A DNA stretch of 64,000 bases, from assembly GCF_009914755.1 (NCBI RefSeq), contig NC_060925.1; one strand, written 5' to 3'. The notes under the pieces were generated by a model, which did no database searches, was not told the origin of the DNA, and saw only the letters and a list, made by a program, of their open reading frames with translations. Source of the stretch: the human T2T-CHM13v2.0 reference genome, Homo sapiens. Every line of letters starts with the position of its first letter. The first letter of the stretch is position 1. Positions 13,166-28,949 of this stretch are shown in pieces. Made by a program: the position numbers and the translations under genes.

Positions 13166-14061
13166 TCCAAGAAAGGATTCTAAGGGGATTAAGGTCAATG
13201 TCACAGTAGGTAAACATCTGACTTGGAAAATGAGAATGATTTTAATAGGGAAGAAAAGGAGCAGGACCTTCCAGGCCAAGGAGTCCTGAGAGGGTCTGGT
13301 GTGCTGCGGGCCTTGTTTATAAATATTCCCTAGCAGGTAGCAGCGTCCCCGGCTGTAGCAGAGGCTCAATCAATGTGGATTCTATACACGGTGTTTGGAT
13401 GAACTCTAAGGTGCATGTAATGGGTGATAAGGTTGGCGAGTAAATTTGGAGAAAGATTTTGCAGGACTTGGAATGCGATGGTCATGAGCAGCAACTTGGG
13501 AGTCCCATTCTTGTGGAATTCTGAGAGGACCTGTGATGCAAGTGGTCTTATGCAAGGATGATGATTCTGGCATTAATGTGATTGATGGATCAGAGAGGCG
13601 ACAGCCTGGATGAGGGCAGATGGGGCAGGAGGCTGGCAGAGTTGTCTGGGGCAGAGGAGACCAAGAGACCCTGAACAAGGACAGTGTCTGTGAAACTGAG
13701 GGAGAAATGCGGGCAGGTGAGTGAGTGAGTGTGGGTGAGCAGGCTCAAGATGATGCCACGGTTTGTAGTCTGGGTGACAGGGAAGATGTGACATGCACAC
13801 ACATGCAATGATGAATTCATGATCACACACGCACACCACGTGCATGCTTCTGTGTCCTGGTCTGACACTATTCTGAAGCTCATTTAGTGACCAAGTGCAG
13901 TATGCTTAAAGGCAATGAGATCCGATTCCACAATCTAGTGGCTCATCAGATTTACAAAATAGAAAGCGGAGCTGGCCAAAGAGAATACTCCAGAGTTTGA
14001 GTCATTGCAGCAGATGCCATGCAAGGCCAGGTTGATACACACAGAAGCAAAAGTGGGGGTT

Positions 14062-14133
14062 AACCTGAACCAGGTGGTTCTTTCTAGAGTGAGGGCCAAC
14101 CTGAACCAGGTGCTTCTTTCTAGAGTGAGGGCC
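14062..14133. repeat. 36-bp tandem duplication (2 copies, 1 mismatch)
   Basis: AACCTGAACCAGGTG(G/C)TTCTTTCTAGAGTGAGGGCC at 14062 and 14098. Confidence 0.95.
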
Positions 14134-14424
14134 ATTGCCTCTGACTTCAGAGGTGTTGATCTTAAGCAGCACGCTTCCAAAGGATCCAGGGAAATATTCT
14201 ATCTGAGCACACAGTGAAGGCCAGGAAGCAACTACTCTATGCAGACATAAAAATAATGGGATGAACTGTCAGAACTGTCAACGTCAGGGGCAGAGAAAAA
14301 CCTGTTAGCTCAGCTAGTTCAGGCCCAGTACCGCAACTGAGTCTAAGAGCTTGTCACCATGCAAAGCCACCTGGGAATGAGGTCTTTCCTGGGTCTGACT
14401 TCCTTCTGAAATACATCCTGTTGA

Positions 14425-14640
14425 GACTGTCAGATGGGTATGGAGTGGGGATCCAGTCCCGCTCTTTTGTTTACTGGCTGTGTCACTTGGCAAGTCGCTG
14501 ACTGAAACTCTACAGATTTCCTCACCTGTAACACAGAAATATTTAGAAACATTCCTCCTGGGCTGTCATGAGGATTCAATGAGATTGTGCAATTAGCGCA
14601 GTGCCCGGCACATAGTTAGTGCTCAATAAACGTTAGCTGT
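14425..14640 (+). mobile_element. MIR
   Basis: TACTGGCTGTGTCACTTGGCAAGT..GCACATAGTTAGTGCTCAATAAA. Confidence 0.8.
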
Positions 14641-15075
14641 GGTCCTCTTACTAGACTCATTCACAATTTGCACGTGTCTATATGGATTACGTGCTGTCGA
14701 TCTCAGACAGTTTTCAGGTAGAATTTTTAATCAGGTTTTGAGTTATTTATAACAGATTCTAGCAGGAATCTTAAGAGGTCATTTAGTCTAACCTCCAGAA
14801 AGAATCCTGGATGTAATGCCCCTACTTCCATTTGCATTTCTTCTTACCCAAAGCAAAGCCTCTACGTTGGGAGTGGATATACGACACGCATGGAAACCAA
14901 ACAATTAAGAGCAATTCCCCATGAGGCGGCAGGCAGGCAGTTTTCAAATCAGTTGCTCTTGGCAAGGTGGGTGGCTGTGGTAAGCACAGGAGGCCCTGTG
15001 GGGCGCAGGCCTCTGAATCACGGGGAGACTTTCCAGTAGCACTCAGGCTGAGAGGTCTCATCACCAACAAGAGCT

Positions 15076-15240
15076 AGGGGAGGGGAGGGAGAGGAAGAAC
15101 AAGAGGAAGCGGGGGAGCCAGAGAGGGGGAGGCTCAGAGGGAGACAGGGAGAATGCAGGGAAGAGAAAGAGAAAGAAAGAAGGGAAGAGAGGAGAAAGGA
15201 AGAAAGGGGAGGAGAGAGGAGACAGCGTGCAGAGAGAGAG
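15076..15240. repeat. Polypurine (GA-rich) tract
   Basis: About 165 bp, mostly G/A, ending in (GA)n. Confidence 0.85.
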
Positions 15241-16102
15241 ACTTTTCACTTCTCCAGTAGAGGAAGAAATTGCAGTACAAGCATTGAAGATGAGCCATAC
15301 CTTCTGAAATTCTAGAATTGTGACTAAACTACACAGCGGCAAGTAAGAACAGATATAGCCAGAGCTACAGAGATGCTGTGGATGACAATTCCAGATTTAG
15401 CATAAAGCCTTTCGTCTCTTCTATTAGGCTCTATTTGCTGGGCTTCCCCTGCTCCCAGCTTGTTACATAGCATCGGTTGTTAAAAATTCAGGTCTTCCCT
15501 GCGTGTCGTTAGAGTGAGTTCAACCTGGAGATGTTAGACCTTCACTCAGCAGATCCCCAGGAGCCTGGAGGAGCTCAGAGCAACAGCTTCCCTCTCTTCT
15601 CCATCTGCTAGAATTGGCCAGGGGCCTGACTTCTTGGCTGCAATCAGTTTCCTTTCCATTTCCCAGTTGGGATGGAGTTCCAGCCCCTAACCCCAGCCTC
15701 GCTTGCTGGGTCCCTGAAATCCTTGGCCAATTTCTGCCAGCACCTGCTCCACAGGGACTGAGCCCTGCTGCCTGTTGTCCTTGTAGCAGTTTTGGACAGA
15801 ACTTTTTGGCTTCTGGCCTTAGCCTTCTGAGGACCCCTTGTTGCTGTTGCCACGCCTCTGGTCAGATCTTGGTGTCCATGTGACTCCAAGCATGACTTTA
15901 GATTATCTACAGCCCTGGGATTCAGCAACTGCCAGCACTGCTTGACGACGAGGCCCCTCTCAGGTTGGCATCCTCCATCCAACTGTGTCCACTCCATCTT
16001 TTATTCACACCGAGAAATCTCTTCTAATCATACAATGGGAGCCCGAGGATTCCCTGCAATGTATACAGTAGCCCTGATGCAGAAAAGGAACGAGGCCACT
16101 CT

Positions 16103-16255
16103 CAGAACCAATGACCTAATTTGTGGAGTCCAGTGCAAAATGTAAACGTGGGGCCCCTGGTTCCAAAAGTACTGAGAATTTCAAGACAGACGGAGCAGAG
16201 CATTAAGCCCAGCATGGGGCCTGTTTAAGGCTGCATACCCACAAAGCCAGCCCTG
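16103..16255 (-). mobile_element. MER45A-like hAT DNA transposon
   Basis: CCAGTGCAAAATGTAAACGTGGGGCCCC..GAATTTCAAGAC..GCAGAGCATTAA..GCCAGCCCTG. Confidence 0.75.
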
Positions 16256-16596
16256 GCTTCGTGGAACAAGAGAGGACACAGCATAGCCCAGAAAGCAATT
16301 CAGAACTGGGTGTGTGTACCTAAATGAGGACCTGGGCCAGTCCTGGACAGTGAGAAGAGATTGCGTTTATTCCAAAACCATGTTGTGGTCATCTGTCATT
16401 TATACTTGTATGTTGTATATTTGAATAAACTCAATAATTTTGGTAACCTGAATACTGCTCTTTTTGTAGAATGGTACCTGTCCTTAGTAAATAGCTTCTG
16501 TGGTTGTCACTGTCAGGCTCCATATTGAAGAAGTCTCTTAGGTATTGTCACAGTGTGAAGAGCTTACATGGCATCACCGTCAAGTTTCTGCTGCAA

Positions 16597-17247
<651 letters not shown>

Positions 17248-17344
17248 TTAGTGGTAACTTATGAAATGGAAAAAAAAAAAAAAAAAAAAAGAGAGAGAGA
17301 GAGAAGAGAAGTTTCTGTTACAGACGAGCTTGGGTGGCAGCCAC

Positions 17345-17513
17345 TTTTTTTGTTTTATTGTTTTATTGTTTTATATTGGTTTTTGTTTTATTGTTTATTT
17401 TTGTTTATATATATATTTTGTTTTGTTTTGTTTTATTTTTGTGTGGTTTTTTTGTTTGTTTTTTGGTTTTTGGTTTTTTTGAGACAAGGTCTTGCCATGT
17501 TGCCCAGGCTGGC
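17345..17513 (-). mobile_element. Severely truncated Alu with long T-rich (TTTTG/TTTTA) tail
   Basis: About 135 bp of T-rich sequence followed by GAGACAAGGTCTTGCCATGTTGCCCAGGCTGG. Confidence 0.7.
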
Positions 17514-18072
17514 CACCTTCATTCTTGAATAACAGAAGAGGATTTTAGCCAGGTAGGCAGCAGTGAACACCTCGGGAATTCGGCCAGGTCACCGGTAATC
17601 TTCAGGCCGCAGTTGGAAGGGTATTTGGAATAAATCCTAGTGTGTGCTTTGCATCAATCCAACTTGCTTTTGCAGGAAAGAAAAGAGGGGGTTGTATTGG
17701 TTCAATCAACAAATATTCTACTCATCTGGGCAAGGCTCTATAGCAGCTGTTGCAAGCGCCCTGAAAGAGACTAAGACACAGTCCTGGCCCCAAAGCGCGT
17801 CCTCATTGAGGCAGTAGGTTGTGGTGTAAAACCAGTGGATTAGGGGTTGGTTTGGCCTTTTGTTCCTAACAATGTCCAGGTCCCACAGGCTAGGGAGGGC
17901 TACATTGGGTTTGTGGCTAGGTTCTGGGGGAACCCTGAGCAATTTACACCTTTTCTGAGACTCTGGTTCCTCATCTATAAATGGAGTGGGTAGCTCCTTC
18001 AAACACTTTTGTCAGGATAAAATGTTATGCTGAATCTGACGGCACATTGGAATGCATGTAAGACTATACCAT

Positions 18073-18309
18073 ATCAGATCACAGTGATAATAAGGACCTT
18101 CCTCCTTCCCTTTCTCTGTGTCTTCCTTCCAACCCAATCCATCACCCTTCCATCAGATCACAGTGATAATAAGGACCTTCTTCCTTTGCTTTCTCTGTGT
18201 CTTCCATCCAACCCAATTCATCGCCCTTCCATCAGATCACAGTGATGTAAGCACCTTCCTCCTTCCCTTTCTCTGTATCTTCCTTCCAATCCAATCCATC
18301 ACCCTTTCC
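18073..18309. repeat. Minisatellite, 3 x 79 bp
   Basis: Units start ATCAGATCACAGTGAT at 18073, 18152 and 18231. Confidence 0.95.
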
Positions 18310-18377
18310 ATGTCTCAGACTCCCTTATAATTCTTTGGGAAACTTCTCCTGACCTTTTCCTGTTTGGGACTCACCTA

Positions 18378-18763
<386 letters not shown>

Positions 18764-18768
18764 AGAAG

Positions 18769-19151
18769 TGTATCCATTTGCGCTGGCCACTGTAAGAACA
18801 TAGCAGAGTTGGGGACTTAACAACAGAAATGTATGTTCTGACAGATCTGGAGGCTTGAAGTCCAAGATCAAGTTGTCGGCAGGGTTGGTCTTCCTGCGGC
18901 CCCTCTCCTGGGCTTGCAGAGGCCCTCTCCTCCCCGTGTCCTCACGTGGTCTTCCCTCTGTGTGAGGCAGTGTCCTAATCTCCCCTTCTCATAAAAGCGC
19001 CAGTCAGATCGAATTGCAACCTGCCCTAGAGCCTTGTTTTAACTTAATTACCTCTTCAAAGACCCTATCTGCAAATACAGTTGCATTTGGAGGTCCTGGG
19101 GATTAGGATTCCAACATATGAATTTGGGGGCACATAATTCAGGCCATAACA
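18769..19151 (-). mobile_element. MLT1A/B-like MaLR LTR
   Basis: CTGGAGGCTTGAAGTCCAAGATCAAG..AACATATGAATTTGGGGGCACATAATTCAGGCCATAACA. Confidence 0.8.
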
Positions 19152-20779
19152 ATGAGATAATGATAAATAATTCCCCTCTTCTAAAATTCTTTGCATTTGC
19201 AAAGAGGATGCTGAAAGAAAGAAAACTGTAAAGCAAAGGATGTCTGAAGAAGGATTTAGCATTTCAAGACCAGTTGGATGTGGGGGGTATTTTTGGCTGG
19301 GGACCCTCTTGGCACCCCTCACATACCAACATACAGACAGCCACCTGCTCTGCCCACGAACACGGCTGGCACTGGGTAGACAGACCACATTTTCATCTTC
19401 TTTCTGGATTCCAAAGAAATAAGCCAGTCTCACCTTCCTGCCTCTAAGGAACACCAGGGTTTTTTAACTAGTTCCTTATATGGCAGCTGTTTCAGCTCTG
19501 CCTGGAGAATTCAAGCCGTCAGCCTGGCCAACTGTTGAATACTACAGGGAGAGGCATTATTTGGCTCCCAGGAAATAAGAACTCCAAAATACCTACCATA
19601 GCAGGGCATAGCCCTGAAACGGCTGCCACTTCTCCGAGCCATGAAGTCAGTCTCTGCTCCAGCTGTGGCGAGTTGTAGAGAGATAAACGACCGGCTGTGT
19701 TTTTGTGGGGAAGAAAAAGAGAAATGAGCTTTTTAGCTTTCTGCAAAAAGAACAGGCCTCCTGCCTTGGGTAATTCAGACTCGTTGCTAGAATATGGAAT
19801 ATGTTGTTGGCAGAAAACAGACAGGTGAGCCCAGCAGGTATGAGCTGCTTGCAAGGGAGGGTGTCAGGAACTCCACCTGTCCCCTGTAGAGACTGGACTT
19901 CTTCAAATGATATCCATGACTCATTCTTTGCCTGGAAAAGACAGAAACCTTTCATTACCCCCTTACTTGTAGAAAATAGGTTTGTGTGTGTGTGTGTGTG
20001 CAGATATTTTGACAACATAGACATTTGCATTCAGAGACTGCTGGAGCTTTTAGAACTAAAAAAGTTACAAATACGCAATAATCTTATCTTGCTAATTCGA
20101 GAGGAATGCCCTTTCATATCGATATACACATACATGCAGTTGATTTTGTGCATTATAAAATAGGTGAAATGTTTTGCTCCATCCTCTGTCCTTGTTCACA
20201 GAAAACGAGGCTCACCACACATCCAGGCCATCGTAATAAGGATTGCTTTCTTAGTCTTCATAAAGATCTCAAGCTATAAGCCAAAGACTGTTGTTTGTTT
20301 GTTTCCATTTACAGCTTGCCAGCAGCCTGCTAGGTGATGGCCCAGAATCCATAACTAGCTGCAGTCTTGCCAGACAAGACCTGGGGAAGCTTCTCCATCT
20401 GCCTGCAGTGGCAATCAGACCTGTACTGATGAAATCAGGGAAGGCTGGGATTCACATAGTCAGAGAGATGAGGGAGGTAGATGTTTCCCTAGGACATGCT
20501 TTTTAGTCATTTGCTGAAAAGACTTTCATGGCTGTGTAAAGCTGCCAGCTGTCTGGAACAAAGGAAACAGATAAAAGGGACATTCTTGGGAATAAAGGGC
20601 ATCACCACCTTCAGCAAAGAGGAATAGGACACAAGAACAGATATAGAAAAGATTCTAAAGGGAAAGGAAGATTCTGCTGCCCAAAAGAAAGCAAGATAGC
20701 AAAGGTCTCCTGGAGTTTGGATTGAAATAGGAGGTGAATGGTGACAAGGAGACTGAAAAAGCAAGTCAAAGGGACATGT

Positions 20780-21145
20780 GTCTGGATAGGTTGTGTCATA
20801 GTGTGACAACAAGTATGACACAAGTTAAAACAACCCAAGTTCATTTCTTATGCATGTTAACAGGCCTCACAGATTAGCTGGAAGCTCCATCTCTTGGCAT
20901 CTTATGATCATCCAGTAACTAGGCTGATGGAGGCTCTGTTGTGACACTGAGGCAGAAGGACAAGAACATACCTTAATTTATATTGAACACTGAGTGTTAA
21001 AGCTTCCACCCAAAATGGGCACATATAGCTGTTGCATTTTATTGCCAAAGCAAGGCACTTGACCATCCTGACTTCCAGGGGATAAGGAAGTGAAATCCCC
21101 ACCGTACTTGGAAAGAGGACCAAAATTTTTGGTGAATAGCACTAG
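20780..21145 (-). mobile_element. Old MLT1 (J/K-like) LTR fragment
   Basis: CATTTTATTGCCAAAGCAAGGCACTTGACCATCCTGACTTC resembles the MLT1J/K consensus. Confidence 0.5.
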
Positions 21146-21399
21146 TAGTCATTGGTGCTACAGCAAACATCACAGACCAAGAAAAGGATGGGAGGGAGGC
21201 CCTGGGTGGGCGAGGCCCTGGGTGGGTGTGGTAACCATGGTCACACACATTGAAGGAGCTGGGGCAGGCTTCGAATAGGAATATAAATCTGGTAGGGAAA
21301 TTATGTCATCAAGCTCCTATTTCTAAAGTCTTCAGCTGTTGCATTCATGCACATACACAGGCAAGCCATTGATTCTCATCAGGTAAGTAATATATCTTT

Positions 21400-22360
21400 A
21401 AGTACTACTTTTGCCCCGTTCTCTTTCTCCTGTCATTTGGGACACCAGTTACAACTATGTTAGAACATTTCACAATGTCCTATTTATCTCTTGGTTTTTG
21501 ATATTTATCATCTTTTTGCTTGTTTGTTTCATCTTAGATATATTTTTTCTGACCTAGCTTCTAAGTTTACTAATTCTCTTTTCAGCTGTGTCTAATCTGA
21601 TGTTAAACCTATCCAATATGTTAATTTCATTCATAATATTTATCCATATTAGAATTTCCATTTGGTTTACTTTTTATACTTTATAAGCATAATTTCCAGT
21701 TATTCATCAAAAATTTTATATTCTTAAACATATTAATCATGGTTGTTTTAAAGTTTGTGTCTGTTTATTATCTGAAATCCTTATGGGTCTGCTTTTCCTA
21801 TTGTCTCTTTGTTTGGTCATATCTTATCTTCCTTTATGACTGATTATGTCTTGATAGGTATCAGATAATATATATTAAAATAGATAATTTGAGGCTCCGA
21901 ATGCTGTTATATTCTTCTAGAGAGGGTGCACTTTTGCATCTGGCCAGCATCTAGGCTAGAAACACTAGCAATTTCAGGTCACATTAATTCAGCCAAGGAT
22001 AGATAGATTATTTGAAGCTGGGCTTCAGGCCCTGTGAGGGCTAATCTATTGGTTCACACTTACTTCCAGGTACTTGATAGGTTAGGGTATTTACTAGGAT
22101 CCCTCCTACTCAGCAGTCTCTGAAACCCGCAGTTCCTTGATTTGTGGAGAACTCTATTCAGCTTTTCAGTCTCTCAGCTTCCACTTTCAGAATTTGCATC
22201 TGCCTCTGGGGAAAAGTGGTCCCTAACTCCAGGATCATCTCTGGGCCTCCGTTCTCTCTCACACCTGTTTTCCTCACTGATTGGGTATCTCTCTGATGCC
22301 TCTAAATGGATATAGTTATATTTCACTAGGCTTTCTAGTTGTTCTGAGTGTGAGAACCAT
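21400..22360 (-). mobile_element. Old L1M 5'/ORF1 fragment
   Basis: T-rich antisense L1 pattern: TTCTCTTTTCAGCTGTGTCTAATCTGATGTTAAACC..TAGAATTTCCATTTGG. Confidence 0.65.
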
Positions 22361-22647
22361 TTCCAGAAGCAAAACTCTAAGAAGTGACATTTGGATGAGA
22401 TCTGAATGAGGAAGAAATAGAATTATCAAAATCTGGGGAAGAAGGTTCAAGGCAGGGGAAAATGACAAGAAAAATGTTTTGGAGTGAGTGAAAATTTGGT
22501 TTTGTTCAAGGAATAGAAAAACCATGGTGTGTGGAAATTAGGGAGCAAGGCGAATGATTGACATGCGGTCAGCAAGGGAGCAGGGGCCAGATCACATGGG
22601 CACCGGAGGCCATGAGAAGGGCTGAGGGTATTTTTTAAAGAATATTT

Positions 22648-23091
22648 TCTATTCACAAGAGCAAAAACATGGAATCAACCTAAATGTCCATCCATGGCAG
22701 GCTGGATAAAGAAAATGTGGTACATATACACCATGAAATACTATGCAGCCATAACAAAAAATGAGATCGTGTCTTTTGCGGGAATACAGAAGGAGCTGGA
22801 GGCCATTATCCTTAGCGAACTAACACAGGAATAGTAAACCAAATACTGCATGTTCTTACTTGTAAGTGGGAGCTAAATGATGAGAACACATGGACACATA
22901 CAGGGGAACAACACACACTGGGGCCTATCGGAGGGTGGAGAGTGGGAGGCAGGAGAGGATCAGGAAAAACAACTAATGAGTACTAGGCTTAATACCTGGG
23001 TGATGAAATACTCTGTACAACAAACCCCCATGACACAAGTTTAGCTATGTAACAAACATGTGCATGTATCCCTGAACTTAAAAGTTCAAAA
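22648..23091 (+). mobile_element. 5'-truncated L1PA (L1PA13-16-like) 3' end
   Basis: GGATAAAGAAAATGTGGTACATATACACCATG..GTGGGAGCTAAATGATGAGAACACATGG; TSD AAAGAATATTT. Confidence 0.92.
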
Positions 23092-23449
23092 AAAGAATAT
23101 TTGAAGAGAAATGGACCCAGTTCTCAATATGTGTTGTTGAATTGGTCTCTGCCTTCAGGGAACTTTCATAGAAGGGTGGTTCATGTCTTGTGTTCAGTTC
23201 CTAGGAACTTGAAATACATAAATGATCCAAAGACTCTACTTGTAGACCTGAAAACCTCATCCAAGATTCCTAAGTTTTTGATTTATCTATAAACCAGGCA
23301 GCTTACCTACATCAAAGTAGCTTCAGCAAATCGGAATAAACTCAGAAATGCCATTCACTGGCAGAGTAGCTGCCGGGACTTTCGGAGAAGGGCCAATTAC
23401 CTCTTCTTTTTACCTCTTCTCCTGTTTCTTCCTTTCTCTCCATTGCCTG

Positions 23450-23736
<287 letters not shown>

Positions 23737-24763
23737 TTTCCATTGCCTGTTGCTTTCATGCCATCTAGTGTTTGGTCCAAAATCCCCACTGTGTCCAGGC
23801 CTTTTGGGAAGCCCAAACCAAGCCTCCCCATTCCCTGAGGACGTGGCACGATCTACTTATGGATCTCTACCCAATAGAGTAGTAAATACGTATTGAATGA
23901 AGGCATGGCTGAGTGAGCAGCGTAACTCACACAAAGACGTAACTCACTGTCCCTGGAGAGAGTTTGCTTAACTAAATGAATTGATAATCCCAAGATAACA
24001 TAGCGGAGCTAATTTTGAGCAGGATTTCAAATTATGTTTATTTTCTCAAGAAATCTTCCAGGGAAGAGAGTCCCTGTTCTCAGCATCCAAATCTCACATG
24101 TTAGCTCCATCTCTCCCCCACCATTTGGAAGTGGCTCACCAATTCGCAAGTCTCAGGAAACAGGTTACTGCTTCGAGACAGAGGCTTTGGTATGGGAAGA
24201 TGGGTAGGAAAATGTCCAAAACTGGAAATCATGTCTCCATGAGTGCAGGGAGCTCATGCATCGGGTTCAGTTCATAGAAACTTGAAATCCACGATCCAAG
24301 AGCCCTACTTTTTAGATTGAAGAGCTCATCTATCCTGGGTTGTAAGAATTCCTAGTTTATCCATAAACCAGGCAGTGAAACCTACATAAGAACCAATTGA
24401 TATTCAAAACAGCAGAGGGCACACTGGCAGGCCAAACGTCAGAGCAGAACCTGCGTCCTGGCCTGCGGTCCTGCTGCTGGCCCTCAGCTGGGCTGATCCT
24501 CTTCCACATGCTTGAAGGTCTTTGTTCCATACAGATCTCAACTCTGGTGATTGTTCTGAACCCAGGCATAAATACCTGCAGGATTATGCCACTAATAGGC
24601 ATTGCTGAAAGAAAGAGGGAACAAAAGAGAAAAGAAAAATACCTTTCTTTGTATTAAAATTTTGTCAAATGGCATTTTCTAATACTGTGTCCTTCAAGCA
24701 TATCTCACCCATGGTGAAGATCTCCTGGGCTTGTAAATGCATTTTCTGTAGAAAAGGCAATCC

Positions 24764-25063
<300 letters not shown>

Positions 25064-26319
25064 AAGGCAATCCATTCCATTTAAAGGGGGGTACGATGTG
25101 CTTTGTCACACTCAGATGTGGGTTTCTTGCCTTTCCTCTGTGCTCAGTGACGAGCCACTCATATGGCCTTGTATGCAACCCACGGTCCTTTCTCTAAGTA
25201 CGTACGATTTTCACCCAAGAGCTCTTGGCAGAAGATGCATCAACTTGTTTGGTCATTTCCTGTGACATGTGTAAGAAGTCAACAGCATCAGACCATTTCA
25301 TTCCAAATGAACCAGGAAGGATCTCAACACTGAGCTCTTTGACAAGGGAATTCAGGGGTGGAAATATTGGAGAACAAACAGCTCTGGGCTCCGGTAATAG
25401 CGCTGGTTTCCTTCTCCATAGCTCCAGCTTGGGCAGTTAGGATCACAGATGGCAGGAGAACGGGACCCTTCTGGGAGCTTTCTTAAATCGGATTCTAGAA
25501 AGAATATAGTCATTGCACAGGAAGTGCCTGCAAACAAACATCTTGGGTTCAAGAGCATGAGATTCTATTTACATCTTGGCCTGCTTCACAGGTAGGCAAC
25601 ACACCCATTTTTGGGTCTTTGAGTTAGGTAAAGAGCATCCTGTGGGGAAAAAAATAGAAAACGAGAGAGGTAAAGTGACTTACGCAGGATCACTTTACAA
25701 CGCAATGCCAGGTTTTTCTGAAAGGACCTAATATTCCCCAAGCTCAAGATTTGGCAGCCCTCTGTCAGCTGGTAGTGAGGGGTCCGAGGGGCCAAGTATT
25801 GATCCATTCAATCATTTTCATGTGGAGAAAGGGGCATCTTCTGCACCAGGGACTGAGAATAAGCTGTGGAGAAGGCGAATTTGCTCTCTGCTCTTATAGA
25901 ACTTTCATTGCAGATAAAGAATCAGACAATAAGGAAAAATCAGGATTGTGATCAATTCTAGGAAGGAGGTGCACAGGATGTGGAGAAACAGAGTTCCTGA
26001 GAGTGGTTGGGGAGGTGTCTCTGAGGAGGGGACATTCAGGACGCCATGAGGGAAGAAAGCACTGGAGCCAGCCATGCACAGTCTGGGCAAGAGAGCGTCA
26101 GGAACGACAGGTGGAGGAAGAGCCTGGAACATTCTAGAAACAATCCTAGTCTCAGAGAACCTGGAGCAAGGGCAGGGGTAGCAAAAGATGAGCCAGAGCT
26201 GATGGAGAGGCCAGACTGCACAGGACTCTGGAGAACAGGGTGGGAAATTTCATTTCACTCTGAGCACAAAGGGAAGCCAAGGAGGGTTTTAAAGCAGTGA
26301 GGCCATAATTTGATTTGAA

Positions 26320-26946
<627 letters not shown>

Positions 26947-27019
26947 TGATTTGTACTTTTAAAAGATCACTCTGGATAGTGTGTGACAAACTGAGAGTTT
27001 GAGGGCAAGAATAGCAACA

Positions 27020-27198
<179 letters not shown>

Positions 27199-27494
27199 TT
27201 ATTGCATCAGTGAGAGATAATGGATAATGGAGGCATGGGCCTGGTGGTGGCCATGGGGTGGAAGGAGTGGGTGAGGTCCGAATACGTTTTGGGCATGGAA
27301 TTGGCAGGACATACAAATGGTGTGTGTTGGGGTGGGCAGGATGCTGGGAGGGAGGAATCAAAGATATTACCTAGAGTTTGACTTTAGTAACTCACTGGAT
27401 GGAGAGAGGTACCATTTTTTGAGGGGGGAAGACAAGGGAGGAACAGGTTTGCAAGCTGGGAATGCAAAGAGTTCTTTTTTGCGTATTCTACCTA

Positions 27495-28045
<551 letters not shown>

Positions 28046-28089
28046 CAGGTCTTACAGGGGAAGAGAAGCCCAAGGGGTGATTAAGCAAG

Positions 28090-28537
28090 TATATTAATTT
28101 CCTATTGCGCTATAACACATCACCACTAACATGGTGCTTAAAATAACACACAGTTATTCTCTTACAGTTCTGGAGGTCAGCAGTTCAAAATCAGCCTCAC
28201 TGGTTGAAACCTAGGTGTGGGCAGAGCTCCAGGAGAGAGCTGCTGCCTTGCTTTTCTCACTTCTGGAGCTGCCTTCCCTGGCTCATGGTCCTATTCTCCA
28301 TCTCCACAGCCAGCAGCACAGCATCTTGCTTCAGTTGTAACATCACGTTTTCCTTTGGAAGTCAAATCCCCCTCAGCCTCCCTCTTATAAGGACTCATGG
28401 GTACATTAAGGGCTCATCCACGTAAACCAGGATAGTCTCCCCCCCTACCAAGATCCTCAACTTAATCACATCTGCAAAGTCTCTTTTGCCATATAAGGTA
28501 ACATATTCACAGGGTCGTGGGATTAATATATGGCCAT
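28090..28537 (-). mobile_element. MLT1C/D-like MaLR LTR
   Basis: CTTAATCACATCTGCAAAGTCTCTTTTGCCATATAAGGTAACATATTCACAGG. Confidence 0.8.
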
Positions 28538-28949
28538 TGCTAAAGTTTAGGTATTTGCCCTCTCTAAATCTCATGTTGAAATTCGATCCCCAATGTTGGA
28601 GGTGGGGCCTGGTAGGAGGTGTTTGAATCATGGGGGTGGATCCCTCATGAACTGCATGGTGCCCTCCTCTTGGTAATGAATGACTTCTTGCTCTAGTGCA
28701 TACTGCGAGACCATATTGTGAAAAAGAGCCTGGTACCTCCGCCCTCTTCCTTCCTCTCTCACCATGTGATGCCTGCTCCCTTTCATCTTCCACCGTGATT
28801 GGAAGCTTCCTGAAGCCCTCACCAGAAGCACATGCTGGAGCCTTGCTTCTTGTACAGCCTGCAGAACTAGGAGCAAAATAAACCTCTTTTCTCTATAAAT
28901 TACCCAGCCTCAGGTATTCCTTTATAGCAACACAAAATGAACAAAGACA
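28538..28949 (+). mobile_element. MSTB-like MaLR LTR inserted into the end of the MLT1
   Basis: AAATCTCATGTTGAAATT..CTTGTACAGCCTGCAGAAC..AATTACCCAGCCTCAGGTATTCCTTTATAGCAACAC. Confidence 0.85.

Noticed and set aside
13711-13722. Strong donor CAG|GTGAGT (also CAG|GTGAGC at ~19825)
   Set aside because: No convincing paired acceptor; such motifs are expected by chance in 64 kb.
18073-18309. Regularly spaced repeats as a possible CRISPR-like array
   Set aside because: Whole units repeat with no unique spacers, in a eukaryotic context, so this is a minisatellite.
23189-23212. TGTGTTCAGTTCCTAGGAAC resembles mature miR-24 (TGGCTCAGTTCAGCAGGAACAG)
   Set aside because: The seed differs, there are several mismatches, and I see no complementary hairpin arm.
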